From the NCBI GenBank assembly GCA_964016885.1, contig OZ024740.1, forward strand, positions 229,152,001-229,216,000: a stretch of 64,000 nt of DNA, written 5' to 3'. This DNA is from Eledone cirrhosa. Its lineage: Eukaryota. The notes beneath the pieces are model-generated. The model did not search any database. It was not told the origin of the DNA and worked only from the letters and a program-made list of their open reading frames with translations. Both the position numbers and the translations under genes were made by a program. Positions 1 to 12,844 of this stretch are shown here, one piece after another. Each line of letters starts with the position of its first letter. The stretch's first letter is position 1.

Positions 1-1050
1 CATAGTCACACACATATACACACATATTCACACATATACACACATATACACACATATACAAACATAGTCACACATATTTACACATAGTCACACACATATA
101 CATACATATACACACATAGTCACACACATATTCACGCATAGTCACACATATACACACATATACACACATAGTCACACACATAGTCACGCACATATTCACA
201 CAGTCACACACATATACATACATATACACACATATTCACACATAGTCACACACATACACACATATACACACATAGTCACACACATAGTCACACACATAGT
301 CACACACATATTCACACATAGTCACACACATATACATACATATACGTACATATTCACATATATACACACATATACACACATAGTCACACACATAATCACA
401 CACATAGTCACACACAGTATTCACACATAGTCACATAAATATACATACATATACACACATATACACACATAGTCACACACATGATCACACACATAGTCAC
501 ACACATATTCACACATAGTCACATAAATATACATACATATACACACATAGTCACACACATATTCACGCATAGTCACACATATACACACATATACACACAT
601 AGTCACACGCATAATCACACACATAGTCACACACATATTCACACATAGTCACACACATATACATACATATACACAGATATTCACACATAGTCACACATAT
701 ACACACATATACACACATAGTCACACACATAGTCACACACATAGTCACACACATAGTCACACACATAGTCACACACAGTCACACACATATACATACATAT
801 ATACACATATTCACACATAGTCACACACATATACAAACATAATCACACACATATACACACATATTTACACACATATACACACACCTAGTCACACACATAT
901 ACACATATACACACATAGTCACACACATATACATACATATTCACACATATTTACACACATAGTCACACACATAGTCACACATAGTCACACACATATACAC
1001 ACATATACACACAAAGTCACATACATATACACACATATACACACATAAGC
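1..1050. repeat. CA-rich minisatellite (catagtcacaca-type ~12 bp units)
   Basis: Degenerate tandem catagtcacaca/catatacacaca units; source of the spurious CDYV/MCVT ORFs. Confidence 0.9.
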
Positions 1051-1089
1051 ACCTATATTCAAACACATATTTACCGACATTCACACATA

Positions 1090-1332
1090 TACACACATTT
1101 ACACATATATGTCTGCATATTCACACACATTTACACATATATGTCTGCATATTCACACACATTTACACATATATGTCTGCATATTCACCCACATTTACAC
1201 ATATATGTCTGCATATTCACACACATTTACACATATATGTCTGCATATTCACACACATTTACACATATATGTCTGCATATTCACACACATTTACACATAT
1301 ATGTCTGCATATTCACACACATTTACACATAT
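1090..1332. repeat. 32-bp minisatellite, ~7 copies
   Basis: gtctgc recurs at 1111, 1143, 1175 ... 1303. Confidence 0.9.
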
Positions 1333-1549
1333 ATAGGTACGTATAATCACAAACACATTCACACACACATTTCCACATATATGCCCGCACATATATACAT
1401 AACGCACACATCTAGATAAACACACATACACCGACAGCTAGGTACACACGTATTGTATCATATTTCTCTAGTTCGTCCAGCACAATCTAACCCAGGACTC
1501 TCTGAGCAAAAAACAGCAGCTAAATATATCTGAAATCTTTACTCCTTTA

Positions 1550-1931
1550 CCGTATTTCTCGGCGCCGAAGTCGTTTCGTCCTCGAGGACGCACCCTAATT
1601 TTACAACCAAAAATTAAAAAAAAAAAAAAAAAATTGTTTCTACTTTTGGCAAAAGGCCAGCAATTAGCAATTACCCAGTACATTACTGGTACTTTATTTT
1701 ATCGACCCCGTAAGGATGAAAGGCGAAGTTAACCTCGGAGCGATTTGAACTCAGATCGTAAAGGGACGTAACTATGCTGGAAAGCATGTCCGACCCTCTA
1801 CCGATACTGCCAATTCACCGCCCTGAAAAAAAAAAAAAAATAATAAACAACCTTCGGCCTCCAGGACGCAGGGTAGATTTCTGAGACTTATTTAAGGGGA
1901 AAAGTAACGTCTTCGACGCCGGGAAATAACG
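1550..1931. mobile_element. Tc1/mariner (Tc2-like) MITE interrupted by a SINE
   Basis: TA|ccgtatttctcggcgccgaag ... cttcgacgccgggaaataacg|TA terminal inverted repeats; same family as 17668-17835. Confidence 0.8.
1633..1822 (-). mobile_element. tRNA-derived SINE, family A
   Basis: Minus strand has A-box tggcagtatcgg and B-box gagttcaaatc; body matches the other copies; sits in the MITE A-tract. Confidence 0.9.
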
Positions 1932-2354
1932 TAATTTTTTTTAACAATTCGTAAGCGAGTTTAATTGAAAAAAAAAAAAAAAAATTTAGATTGAGAAGAA
2001 AGAATGGAATGTAAAATAGGAAAATATAAAGGATAACAAAAAAAGAACGGGAAATGGGAGGGAATGGCAAGGACTCTAGTGTCATAGAAGAATGGCGAGG
2101 GTGAGGGTGATTGGGCTCTGGGACTAGGACGCTGAGCCCCACGGACAAGTCTGCAAAAGCATTTCCGCGGACATGGCCAGCGACACCCGCTGCAACAGCC
2201 TCGCGGGGCTTCTTCTTCAGACGGGCCGCCGACGTTCCGATTTTGTTACTTGTTTCCCTTAATAGGCTGCGGCCTTGATTTAATCGACACCAGCACTTAT
2301 TTGTTGATGCCAGGTATTTATTTTATCATAAACACAGACATTACCACGAATGGA

Positions 2355-2900
2355 CACACATACACGCAAATGCACGCACACACACACACACACACACGTA
2401 CACACACACACATACACACACAGACAAACACATACACACACACACGTACGCGTACAGACATACATATATACGGTTCGAAGACCGATGAGTCAACAAATCA
2501 AGGAAGTACTCGATGCATCTCCGTTGGGACTATACAGACAGACCTACACACGCACACATTCATACATAGATACATACATACACACACACATTCATACATA
2601 CACACATACATACATACATACATACATACATACATACATACATACATACATACACACATACATACATACATACATACATTCATACATACACACATACATA
2701 CATACATACATACATACATACATACATACATACATACATACATGCATGCATACATACATACATACATACATACATGCATGCATACATACATACATACATA
2801 CATACATACATACATACATACATACATAATACATACATACGTACATACATACATACATATATACATACATACATACATACATACATACATACATACATGT
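2355..2900. repeat. (CA)n/(CATA)n microsatellite block
   Basis: Direct inspection. Confidence 0.95.
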
Positions 2901-2924
2901 GCACACAGATTTACGCACATATGG

Positions 2925-3227
2925 GAGTGAAACTGTATAATAGGAATAGTTGTGGTGAGCGGGAGGGAAGACTGCGATGGTATGGACATGTGATGCGTAT
3001 GGAGGATGACCGCTGGGTATAAAGTGCCAAAAAATCCCAGTAGAAGGAAGACGCAGTAGAGGAAGACCACGAAAAACATGGACGGAGGTGGTGAGAGCGG
3101 ACCTCAGATTGTTGAAGCTCACAGAGGAGATGACGAAGGACCGTGACGAATGGAGAGATGCTGTGCTGAATAGGACCCACCCCACCCTTGCAAGCAGGGA
3201 AAAGCGGGCGTAAAAATGATGATGATA

Positions 3228-3268
<41 letters not shown>
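2925..3268 (+). mobile_element. 5'-truncated RTE-clade LINE 3' end with (GAT)n tail
   Basis: Translates REGRLRWYGHVMRMEDDRWV ... GRRSRGRPRKTWTEVVRADL ... DRDEWR; stop and frameshift; trinucleotide tail. Confidence 0.85.
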
Positions 3269-3269
<1 letters not shown>

Positions 3270-4007
3270 CATACATATTCACAGACATTCATACCTATAT
3301 GTGCTCACATTTCTACACATTCATTTATACTCACACATTTAAAATTATGTCATATTACACACGCGTATGCACAGACACTAACACACACATGCACACACTT
3401 TCACATATATATGCAAACACTTTCACGCACATATTCACATAGATATATATATATACACATATTCAAACATATCTGCACACACATATATTCACACATATAT
3501 GCACACACATTTACACACGTATGGTTTTATAATATGTCACATGATTTGGGTTGGGTGAATATAACGTCTGTAGTAGAAAATGCAGGCTTAGTAATTTTCT
3601 TAGTGTAGTCAGAACTAGAAGTATCAAAGGCTAGGTTTATCAGCTTGCTAAATTGTAAACTGGAATTATATTATTTGGGAGAATTAGATGCATAATTGGA
3701 AGGGGTACACATTGAAAGGCTGGATTCTAATCCAATCCAGGGACTTCACATTTCTTTTGAAGGAATCCCTCCCTGGATGATACCCACGGCTTTCTGTTTG
3801 GTTTTCGTCATATCTCCAATGTAGCCTTACTCACCACGTCTAGCCACTTGTAGGTTGGGGCGGCTATTTAACCCGTTGACTCTGACAAGTTCATCTGCCC
3901 ATTTTAAAGCTCTTTTTGTTTGTGCTGGTGGGGGTTCCAATTAGCTTCACCCCCCACCCCCTCCACCAAACGAAGGTCAGCCTCTTTAGTCAACAACAAC
4001 TAGAACA

Positions 4008-6210
4008 TAAAGCAGGTTGTACTGGGTTACATGGTACCAGTATCAGGCAGAAGCCTGACATGACTATACCAGGATTTGGTGGGAAGAGCTAGTTTAGTCA
4101 CTGACCACTTGACAATAAAGCAGGTTGAACTGGGTTACATGGTACCAGTATCAGGCAGAAGCCTGACATGATTATACCAGGATTTGGTGGGAAGAGCTAG
4201 TTTAGTCACTGACCACTTGACAATAAAGCAGGTTGAACTGGGTTACATGGTACCAGTATCAGGCAGAAGCCTGACATGACTATACCAGGATTTGGTGGGA
4301 AGAGCTAGTTTAGTCACTGACCACTTGACAATAAAGCAGGTTGTACTGGGTTACATGGTACCAGTATCAGGCAGAAGCCTGATATGACTATACCAGGGTT
4401 TGGTGGGAAAAGCTAGTTTAGTCACTGACCACTTGACAACAAAGCAGGTTGTACTGGGTTACATGGTACCAGTATCAGGCAGAAGCCTGACATGACTGTA
4501 CCAGGGTTTGGTGGGAAAAGCTAGTTTAGTCACTGACCACTTGACAATAAAGCAGGTTGTACTGGGTTACATGGTACCAGTATCAGGCAGAAGCCTGACA
4601 TGACTATACCAGGATTTGGTGGGAAGAGCTAGTTTAGTCACTGACCACTTGACAATAAAGCAGGTTGAACTGGGTTACATGGTACCAGTATCAGGCAGAA
4701 GCCTGACATGACTGTACCAGGGTTTGGTGGGAAGAGCTAGTTTAGTCACTGACCACTTGACAATAAAGCAGGTTGAACTGGGTTACATGGTACCAGTATC
4801 AGGCAGAAGCCTGACATGACTGTACCAGGGTTTGGTGGGAAAAGCTAGTTTAGTCACTGACCACTTGACAATAAAGCAGGTTGTACTGGGTTACATGGTA
4901 CCAGTATCAGGCAGAAGCCTGACATGACTATACCAGGGTTTGGTGGGAAAAGCTAGTTTAGTCACTGACCACTTGACAATAAAGCAGGTTGTACTGGGTT
5001 ACATGGTACCAGTATCAGGCAGAAGCCAATAAAGCAGGTTGTACTGGGTTACATGGTACCAGTATCAGGCAGAAGCCTGACATGACTGTACCAGGGTTTG
5101 GTGGGAAAAGCTAGTTTAGTCACTGACCACTTGACAATAAAGCAGGTTGTACTGGGTTACATGGTACCAGTATCAGGCAGAAGCCTGACATGACTATACC
5201 AGGGTTTGGTGGGAAGAGCTAGTTTAGTCACTGACCACTTGACAATAAAGCAGGTTGTACTGGGTTACATGGTACCAGTATCAGGCAGAAGCCTGACATG
5301 ACTATACCAGGATTTGGTGGGAAGAGCTAGTTTAGTCACTGACCACTTGACAATAAAGCAGGTTGAACTGGATTACATGGTACCAGTATCAGGCAGAAGC
5401 CTGACATGACTGTACCAGGGTTTGGTGGGAAGAGCTAGTTTAGTCACTGACCACTTGACAATAAAGCAGGTTGAACTGGGTTACATGGTACCAGTATCAG
5501 GCAGAAGCCTGACATGACTGTACCAGGGTTTGGTGGGAAAAGCTAGTTTAGTCACTGACCACTTGACAATAAAGCAGGTTGTACTGGGTTACATGGTACC
5601 AGTATCAGGCAGAAGCCTGACATGACTATACCAGGGTTTGGTGGGAAAAGCTAGTTTAGTCACTGACCACTTGACAATAAAGCAGGTTGTACTGGGTTAC
5701 ATGGTACCAGTATCAGGCAGAAGCCTGACATGACTATACCAGGGTTTGGTGGGAAGAGCTAGTTTAGTCACTGACCACTTGACAATAAAGCAGGTTGTAC
5801 TGGGTTACATGGTACCAGTATCAGGCAGAAGCCTGACATGACTATACCAGGGTTTGGTGGGAAAAGCTAGTTTAGTCACTGACCACTTGACAATAAAGCA
5901 GGTTGTACTGGGTTACATGGTACCAGTATCAGGCAGAAGCCTGACATGACTATACCAGGGTTTGGTGGGAAGAGCTAGTTTAGTCACTGACCACTTGACA
6001 ATAAAGCAGGTTGTACTGGGTTACATGGTACCAGTATCAGGCAGAAGCCTGACATGACTATACCAGGGTTTGGTGGGAAAAGCTAGTTTAGTCACTGACC
6101 ACTTGACAATAAAGCAGGTTGTACTGGGTTACATGGTACCAGTATCAGGCAGAAGCCTGACATGACTATACCAGGGTTTGGTGGGAAGAGCTAGTTTAGT
6201 CACTGACCAC
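4008..6210. repeat. 108-bp tandem satellite, ~20 near-identical copies
   Basis: gcaggttg recurs at 4012, 4120, 4228 ...; one ~50 bp short unit near 4980-5030. Confidence 0.95.
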
Positions 6211-6783
6211 TCGGCAATGAAGGAGCTAGCTCAGGGCGCTAAATACCCAGGTAGTGACCCAGTTCGTGGTTCATTGCTACTCAGCAAATCACCAACGTTA
6301 AAAATCTATTTCGTGTTGATCCCCGTAGTTGAATGTTTGTCTTGTGGTCTTATATTCGGCACGAGTCAATTGATTATAATTCGTTAACAAACTGTCAAGT
6401 TTAGATCCTATCAAAACAACATCCCACCATCTGTGCTATGATCTGCCCAAACGTACCTCTCTGTTCAGACTTGTCCACGCTGTTAAACCTCTCCCTATCT
6501 CCCTGAAGAAATTAGATTTGATGTTAACGCATTGATGATATGTGGTTCGCTAGAGGCGTTGGAAACATGGGAGAATATGAATCAAGCCCCCCCCCCCCTT
6601 CTCCCCCTCTCTTTATTTCTTCCCCCCCCCCTCTCTCTCTCTATATATATATATATATGCATAAAATTAGAGTTTTATTTCTCGCTCTAGCACAACTGAT
6701 ACATAAATGTGAGTATGCATACGTAGACACACACACACACACACACACACATACATACATACATACATACATACATACATACA

Positions 6784-6835
<52 letters not shown>

Positions 6836-7146
6836 ATACAAATAGTGAAAGCAATGAAATTAAACAAAATACGAGTAATTCATAGTAAAACTCATTATTT
6901 TATGATCGTTTGGGGGTTAGTTCTCCGCATGTTCATTCTATTAGAATATATTACAAATTATCAAAGTAAGAAAATATACATACGTAGGTATATTTTCTTA
7001 CTTTGATAATTTGTAATATATTTTACATAGATCACAAATAGAATGAACATGCGGAGAACTACCTCCCAGAAACGACCGTAAAATAATGAGTTTTACTATG
7101 AATTACCCATATTTTGTTTAATTTCATTGTTTTAACTATTTGTAGT
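6836..7146. repeat. Foldback inverted repeat between (TA)n tracts
   Basis: Arms are reverse complements centred near tacgta (~6983). Confidence 0.85.
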
Positions 7147-7303
7147 ATATATATATATATATATATATATTATTTTGACTATGCTTCCAATGAATTATAT
7201 CGTTGAAATTTTGTATTTTAAACTTTGCTTCACGACATCTACATACGGATTACATTGAGTTCTTCATACGGCTTGAACCCTACCATTGATTGGTGGATTT
7301 ATC

Positions 7304-7341
<38 letters not shown>

Positions 7342-7415
7342 CTCATTTACACAGACGAGAAAACTATATATTCTCGGCTGTTTTCAAGTCCAGCAGTCGC
7401 AGAGCAGTGGGAGGG

Positions 7416-7459
7416 ATCGTCCTGACGATGGCCAGTCAAGCCTGAAATGCATAGACGGT
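7416..7459 (+). ncRNA. Minimal type I hammerhead ribozyme
   Basis: atcgtc CTGACGA t-ggc-cagtcaa-gcc-t GAAA tgca TA gacggt; in a (TA)n-flanked element at ~7339-7610. Confidence 0.75.
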
Positions 7460-7988
7460 TGTCCCCCTTGCTTCTGCTAGACAACACCAGAGGGCGTTAG
7501 CCCCCGGTGTTCGCATAGCTACGGCTTCCTAAAATCGCATTTCTTTCGAAATACGAAATTTCTATACATATTGTATAAAGCTATGCTTGAAGCGAAATCC
7601 TATTTCTTTTATATATATATATATATATTTGTATTTTAACTCCTAGAATTAACGATTAACTGATTAATTTAATTAGACAATTCTATTGATTGATGAATTG
7701 TTTATGTTTGTTTGATAACTTCTGGTTGAGTGCTTAATTCGGTTTGTCTAAGGGAATTCCATTCCTTTGTCCCAAATTTCGAATTCACCGCCAAAACGGG
7801 GGTTACCTCCCTTTGAGAAAACCACGTGTCTATAGCGAAATTTACTGCTAGAAAACACACCTGCTGAGGCTATAGAACGCAAGACTTGTTGACGAAATAA
7901 ATCCTTTGTTCTGTCGTCAAAGGTCATTAACTTGCAGACTCCTGCAAGCGGAATTAGTCGATCTCGGATTTACAGAAACCTAGCATGG

Positions 7989-8279
7989 ATGTTGTATGTT
8001 ATATGTGATGTATCTCGTATGCTATACGATATGCGTTATGTGTTGCATTCGATCTCTGCGTGATGGTCCAGGTCAGTCATAATTTTTCCCTGAATTATGT
8101 CTTTTTCGTTAATATGGCAATGCGGGTGGACTGCCGGTCGCTATATTTGCCATAGCAACGAAAAAGACTGAACTCAGGGAAAGATTATGACTGACCTGGA
8201 CCATCACGCGGAGATCGAATGCAACACATAACGCATATCGTATAGCATACGAGATACATCACATATAACATACAACATA
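7989..8279. repeat. Foldback inverted repeat (~130 bp arms) ending in (TA)n
   Basis: gttgtatgttatatgtgatgtatctcg... versus ...cgagatacatcacatataacatacaac. Confidence 0.85.
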
Positions 8280-8379
8280 TATATATATATATACATATAC
8301 ATATGTACGTATGGGCTTCATAGACATATCCACTAAGCAACCCCTACGGATATACCTACTTGAATATTGATTTCTTCGG

Positions 8380-9466
8380 ACGCCTTGAGACCTTTCTAGG
8401 AACGCCTCACTCTTTAGTTTCCGGGTGGGACTGGAACGGTATCTTAGATGCACGCTGGGACTGTGTGGGATTAACAGATAAGGGATGAGTGTGTAAAAGC
8501 CTCGCTACCCTACTCAAACGCTTCCAACTGTCTGACAGGTATCGACTGGATTTCCCAAATGTGCCATTGTAGACATGGACAAACCATCCAGATCGGGCCA
8601 TCCAGATCGTATTTATATAGGGTATTCTGTAGGGAAATTGATAAGTCTAGTATAAGTTGTCCACAATTCAAAGTAGTCGATTACACAGATCATAAATACG
8701 TTATCTGTGTGGTCAATTTAGATAGGCTTCATAGACAGGGAGCCGGGTACTGGAAGCTGGACGTGTCATTCTCGGCGCACAAAGACTACAAAGACTACAA
8801 GATTAGTAAATTAAGTGAGCATTGACGTGAGCAATAGTCAACAACAAATGGTGGTTCGCCTTAAAAAGGACTATTAGAGCAGAATTGATAAGGTTTAATA
8901 AGGCTGTAATGATAGAGAAAACTAAAGTAGGGATCTAGTTAGAAAACTAGAAGAGGCCCTTACTAAAGGCATCACAGCCAACGTGCTCGTGGCGAGATTG
9001 GCCCTGGACAAATTTTTCAATGCTAAACACGAAGGCTGCGTTGTCAGAGCTAAGGCGCATGACCTTAGACACGAGGCGACGAAAGCCATTCAATGGTCCC
9101 GTGTGACAGAAGCGAGATATGGCAACAAAGCCACAATCCGGTCATTGGCGGACCACGACGGGCGCATGGTACTTGATCCTAAGCAGATGTGTGATGTTTT
9201 TCAGTGACACTTCACTCAAATGTTCGGGGAGTGATAGCGGGTCGGATCGTAGGATGGATTTGAGAGCCTACCTCGATGGCTTTCCGCGGCTCTCGGAGGG
9301 GAGACGGAGTATGCGAAAAACCGATAACAGCAGAGGAAATATTGGCCGCAATGGCTAGCTGCACGAGGGGCATATGGTCTTAGATCGTCTGTGAGTCGAG
9401 GGGCGGGAGTGCTGCTGACAAAGGGTCCAAACAAGGGGGACCATATCGACAGTTTCAGGCCCATAA
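8380..9466 (+). mobile_element. Decayed L1/Tx1-type LINE ORF2 fragment (APE endonuclease to RT start)
   Basis: DWNGILD, SRSYLYRV, YTDHK, GAGYWKLD, GCVVRAK and KGDHIDSFRPIT motifs with stops and frameshifts. Confidence 0.75.
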
Positions 9467-9588
9467 CAAGCTAGGAAATTTTGATAACGAAACACTACGC
9501 GTGTTTTTATTACACCATGCTGCCTCGGCAAAGGAAACAGTATGTATTATATCTGGTTCAATTTCTCATAGCTCTTGAAGAACTAAAC

Positions 9589-9668
9589 TCCCCAGAAGAG
9601 TGTGGCGGATTCTTCAATTATTGGTGGTTCCAATAATCATTCTTCCCCATATGAAACCATGGTAGGGA
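9589..9668 (+). ncRNA. Degenerate hammerhead (U4 to A core change)
   Basis: tccc CAGAAGA gtgtgg...ccatat GAAA ccatgg TA ggga. Confidence 0.45.
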
Positions 9669-10129
9669 ATCTATATATAAGCAAGGTTAGATAGAATACT
9701 TCTATTGTCTATCTTGTTTGTACTCTCATAATTATTTTTTTCTCACTTAACTTTTATATATAATATTACTTCTCAGAGATTTCTCTCATTGAGATGTTTA
9801 AGTATTAGAGACTAATTAACCTTTAATTAATATTTATATATAACACAATATCAGTACATTTCTCTGTGTCTCTCCTGCCTATCACCCTGCCTTACCTTCC
9901 TCGTCTCTGAGTCCATTAGTACAAATTAGACGGGAGAGAATGGGGAGATGGACAGAACGTGAGATACACACATATACACATACACATACACACAAACACA
10001 CACATGCACACACACAAACACACACAAACACACTTATATGTATGTATATATATACACACACACATACACACAGACATGCACACACACACACATGCACACA
10101 CAGATACACACACACTTATATGCATGTAT

Positions 10130-10210
<81 letters not shown>

Positions 10211-10577
10211 CACATATGTGTGTGAATGCATGCGTATAAATGAAATTAAGAGAAACTTTCTTACATTTAAATTCGTTTATCTGGATTGTGTCACATTAGA
10301 AATTGGGGCATTATTGCTCGAGAACATTTTGTCATGTAGTAAAGTACAAATGACCCGATGAATAGAAGAATATATATATGAGTGTGAGTCTGTGATTATA
10401 TATATATTACACACACACACATATATATATATATATACATTAGAAAGTGAGGTTTTTTTTACAAAATGAAAAATAACCGAGGTGCCCTACACGAGTGAAA
10501 GTATAAAGAAAAAGAGATGAAATCGAAAATGCAACTGGAGTCTTATTTTTTTTAAAAATATATATATTTATTTGGTT

Positions 10578-10615
10578 CCTTTACCGGTTTCGCAGTTCTT
10601 CTGCTTTTCAAAAGG
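10578..10615 (-). ncRNA. Hammerhead with U3-A8 variant core (mirror copy)
   Basis: Reverse complement of 10692-10729. Confidence 0.7.
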
Positions 10616-10691
10616 TGAGTTGAGATGGAGGGTCTGTGGTTTTTCTCACATCAGGATGTGAGAAAAACCACAGACCCTCCATCTCAACTCA

Positions 10692-10729
10692 CCTTTTGAA
10701 AAGCAGAAGAACTGCGAAACCGGTAAAGG
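10692..10729 (+). ncRNA. Hammerhead with U3-A8 variant core
   Basis: cctt TTGAAAA gcag-aagaa-ctgc GAAA ccgg TA aagg. Confidence 0.72.
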
Positions 10730-10831
10730 AACCAAATAAATATATATATTTAAAAAAAAAATAAGACTCCAGTTGCATTTTCGATTTCATCTCTTTTTCT
10801 TTATATATACATATATACATATTACACACGC

Positions 10832-10881
<50 letters not shown>

Positions 10882-10935
10882 AAATCCAGGACCCGGCCGT
10901 TTGTACTATACATATATACTATATATGGACTATAT

Positions 10936-11028
10936 CCCCTGAGGAGACCACCTAGATTCCCACCGCCCGAATACCGGCGCTTTAGTTCAGATATTAGTGT
11001 CGAAATGACCGGGGCTCAGCTGTCGGGG
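10936..11028 (+). ncRNA. Type I hammerhead with long loop 2 and decayed stem III
   Basis: ccc CTGAGGA gac...gtc GAAA tgaccggggctcagctg TC ggg; in element 10878-11122, related to 12146-12565 and 63770-63962. Confidence 0.6.
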
Positions 11029-11118
11029 GTCCTGAATTTTTTCATATTACCCACTCTACTACCCCAAGTATCGAATACTCTGGTTGGTAATGGTCTAACT
11101 GGTTTTTATTGACTCCAT

Positions 11119-11157
<39 letters not shown>

Positions 11158-11399
11158 GTTCAAGAGTAACCAATCTTAAAGCGAGAGATGGAGATAGTAG
11201 AGGAGATATGAGAGGAAAGATTGGTGAGTTAGTTAGAAGCCAAAGCGTAAAGGCATGTGCTCAATGTGCAATATGCAGTAGAAAGCAGCTAGGTGGCTGG
11301 GTTCATGCAGAGGTTAGGTGCGCAGATATATATATATTATATATATATATTATATATATATAGATATATGTGTGTGTGTGATGAATCCTCCTCGCATCC

Positions 11400-12123
11400 C
11401 TTCCCCATCAACAAGGGTGTTTAGCAGAGCTGCGTGCTGGCGCCGACCCTCTTTGGGATATTCTTGTCCCTGCTCCTGTCACATCCAATGGCAGCATCTA
11501 CCTGCATACGAGATCAGACGGAAAACTCTTTAAACTATCATAGCTGCGCTCAGAGACTAAGGTGAGGAGGGTGCTCATCAGGGAGATGCTTTTTTGCTGA
11601 TTACGTGACCCTTGTGGCTCACTCTGAGGAAGCTCTCCTAAGACTGAATTCCCAGTATGTATTCCCTGCTGAGCCAGCGCTGTCTTCGTTGGCTAGGACA
11701 TATTCGGTGTATGGAGGATGGGAGGTTGCCAAAAGACATCCTGGACGGACAGATAGTGAGTGGGTCGTCCATCACTCCGTTTCAGGGCCGCATGCAAGAG
11801 AGATATGGAAGCCTGCAACCTCCATTTTACCAGTTGGGAGAGACAGGCTGGAGACCGCGATGTCTGGCGTCAGACTGTCCGTAATGGCATCGCAGATACA
11901 GATGCGAAATCAGGTCAACTTGCAGCAGAAAAGAAGGACAAAAAAGCGCATCGCAGACATACCAACAACCCAGGAGCCTGCATGGATCTGCACCAAAGAC
12001 TGTCACTTGCGCATCGCTCTGCACTCTCACAGCAGACGATACCAGAGACTAGCCATAACCGCAGGTGCATTAAGCCTGGTTTTCCGAGACTGAGCGGCCA
12101 ATGATGATGATGATGGTGATGAT
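11400..12123 (+). mobile_element. RTE/BovB-like LINE fragment with internal deletion and (TGA)n tail
   Basis: CVLAPTLFGIF, TRSDGKLF and IREML, then a jump (~11648) to QRCLRWLGHIRCMEDGRLPKDIL ... CTKDCHLRIALHSH. Confidence 0.85.
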
Positions 12124-12145
12124 ATATATATATAAATATATATAT

Positions 12146-12269
12146 AGGAACGAGTAGGACCCCGGCGGCTGAGCTCAAGCCGTTTCGACGGCTAATTCTG
12201 GACTAAAAAAAAAAAATTGAGTACTTTGGTGCGTTATGGTCCATCTGGTTCCTTACCACATTTCCTTCG

Positions 12270-12359
<90 letters not shown>

Positions 12360-12562
12360 CGAAGGAAATGTGGTAAGGAACCAGGTGGACCATAACGCAC
12401 CAAAGTACTCAATACTTGGGGTAGTAGAGTGGGTAATAGGAACCAGTAAGACCCCGACGGCTGAGCTCAAGCCGTTTCGACGGCTAATTCTGGACTCGGC
12501 TAATTCAGTCCAGAATTAGCCGTCGAAACGGCTTGAGCTCAGCCGTCGGGGTCTTACTGGTT

Positions 12563-12565
<3 letters not shown>
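12146..12565. mobile_element. Nested inverted fragments of an HHR-family element around (TA)n
   Basis: 3' end ...ccacatttccttcgtta flanks the (TA)n on both sides inverted; foldback 12436-12565 carries the HHR 3' half GAAAcggct..agccgTCgggg. Confidence 0.75.
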
Positions 12566-12597
<32 letters not shown>

Positions 12598-12601
<4 letters not shown>

Positions 12602-12737
12602 AAAACCACAGACCGTCCATCTCAACTCTACTTTTGAAAAGCAGAAGAACTGCGAAACCTTTTTTTCTTTATACTTTCACTCGTGTAGGACACCTCGGTT
12701 ATTTTTCATTCTGTAAAAAAAGACCTCATTTTCTAAT
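12598..12737 (+). mobile_element. Internally deleted copy of the U3-A8 HHR element
   Basis: ttgaaaagcagaagaactgcgaaacc, then deletion; 3' part matches 10440-10510 reverse complement. Confidence 0.75.
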
Positions 12738-12738
12738 A

Positions 12739-12844
<106 letters not shown>

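Larger units (their letters stand above)
10440..10809. mobile_element. (TA)n-inserted HHR-bearing element as head-to-head foldback
   Basis: Near-perfect ~150 bp arms around 10653-10654; related copy at 12598-12737. Confidence 0.8.

Noticed and set aside
4008-6210. CRISPR-like array
   Set aside because: No unique spacers; eukaryotic context; simple tandem satellite
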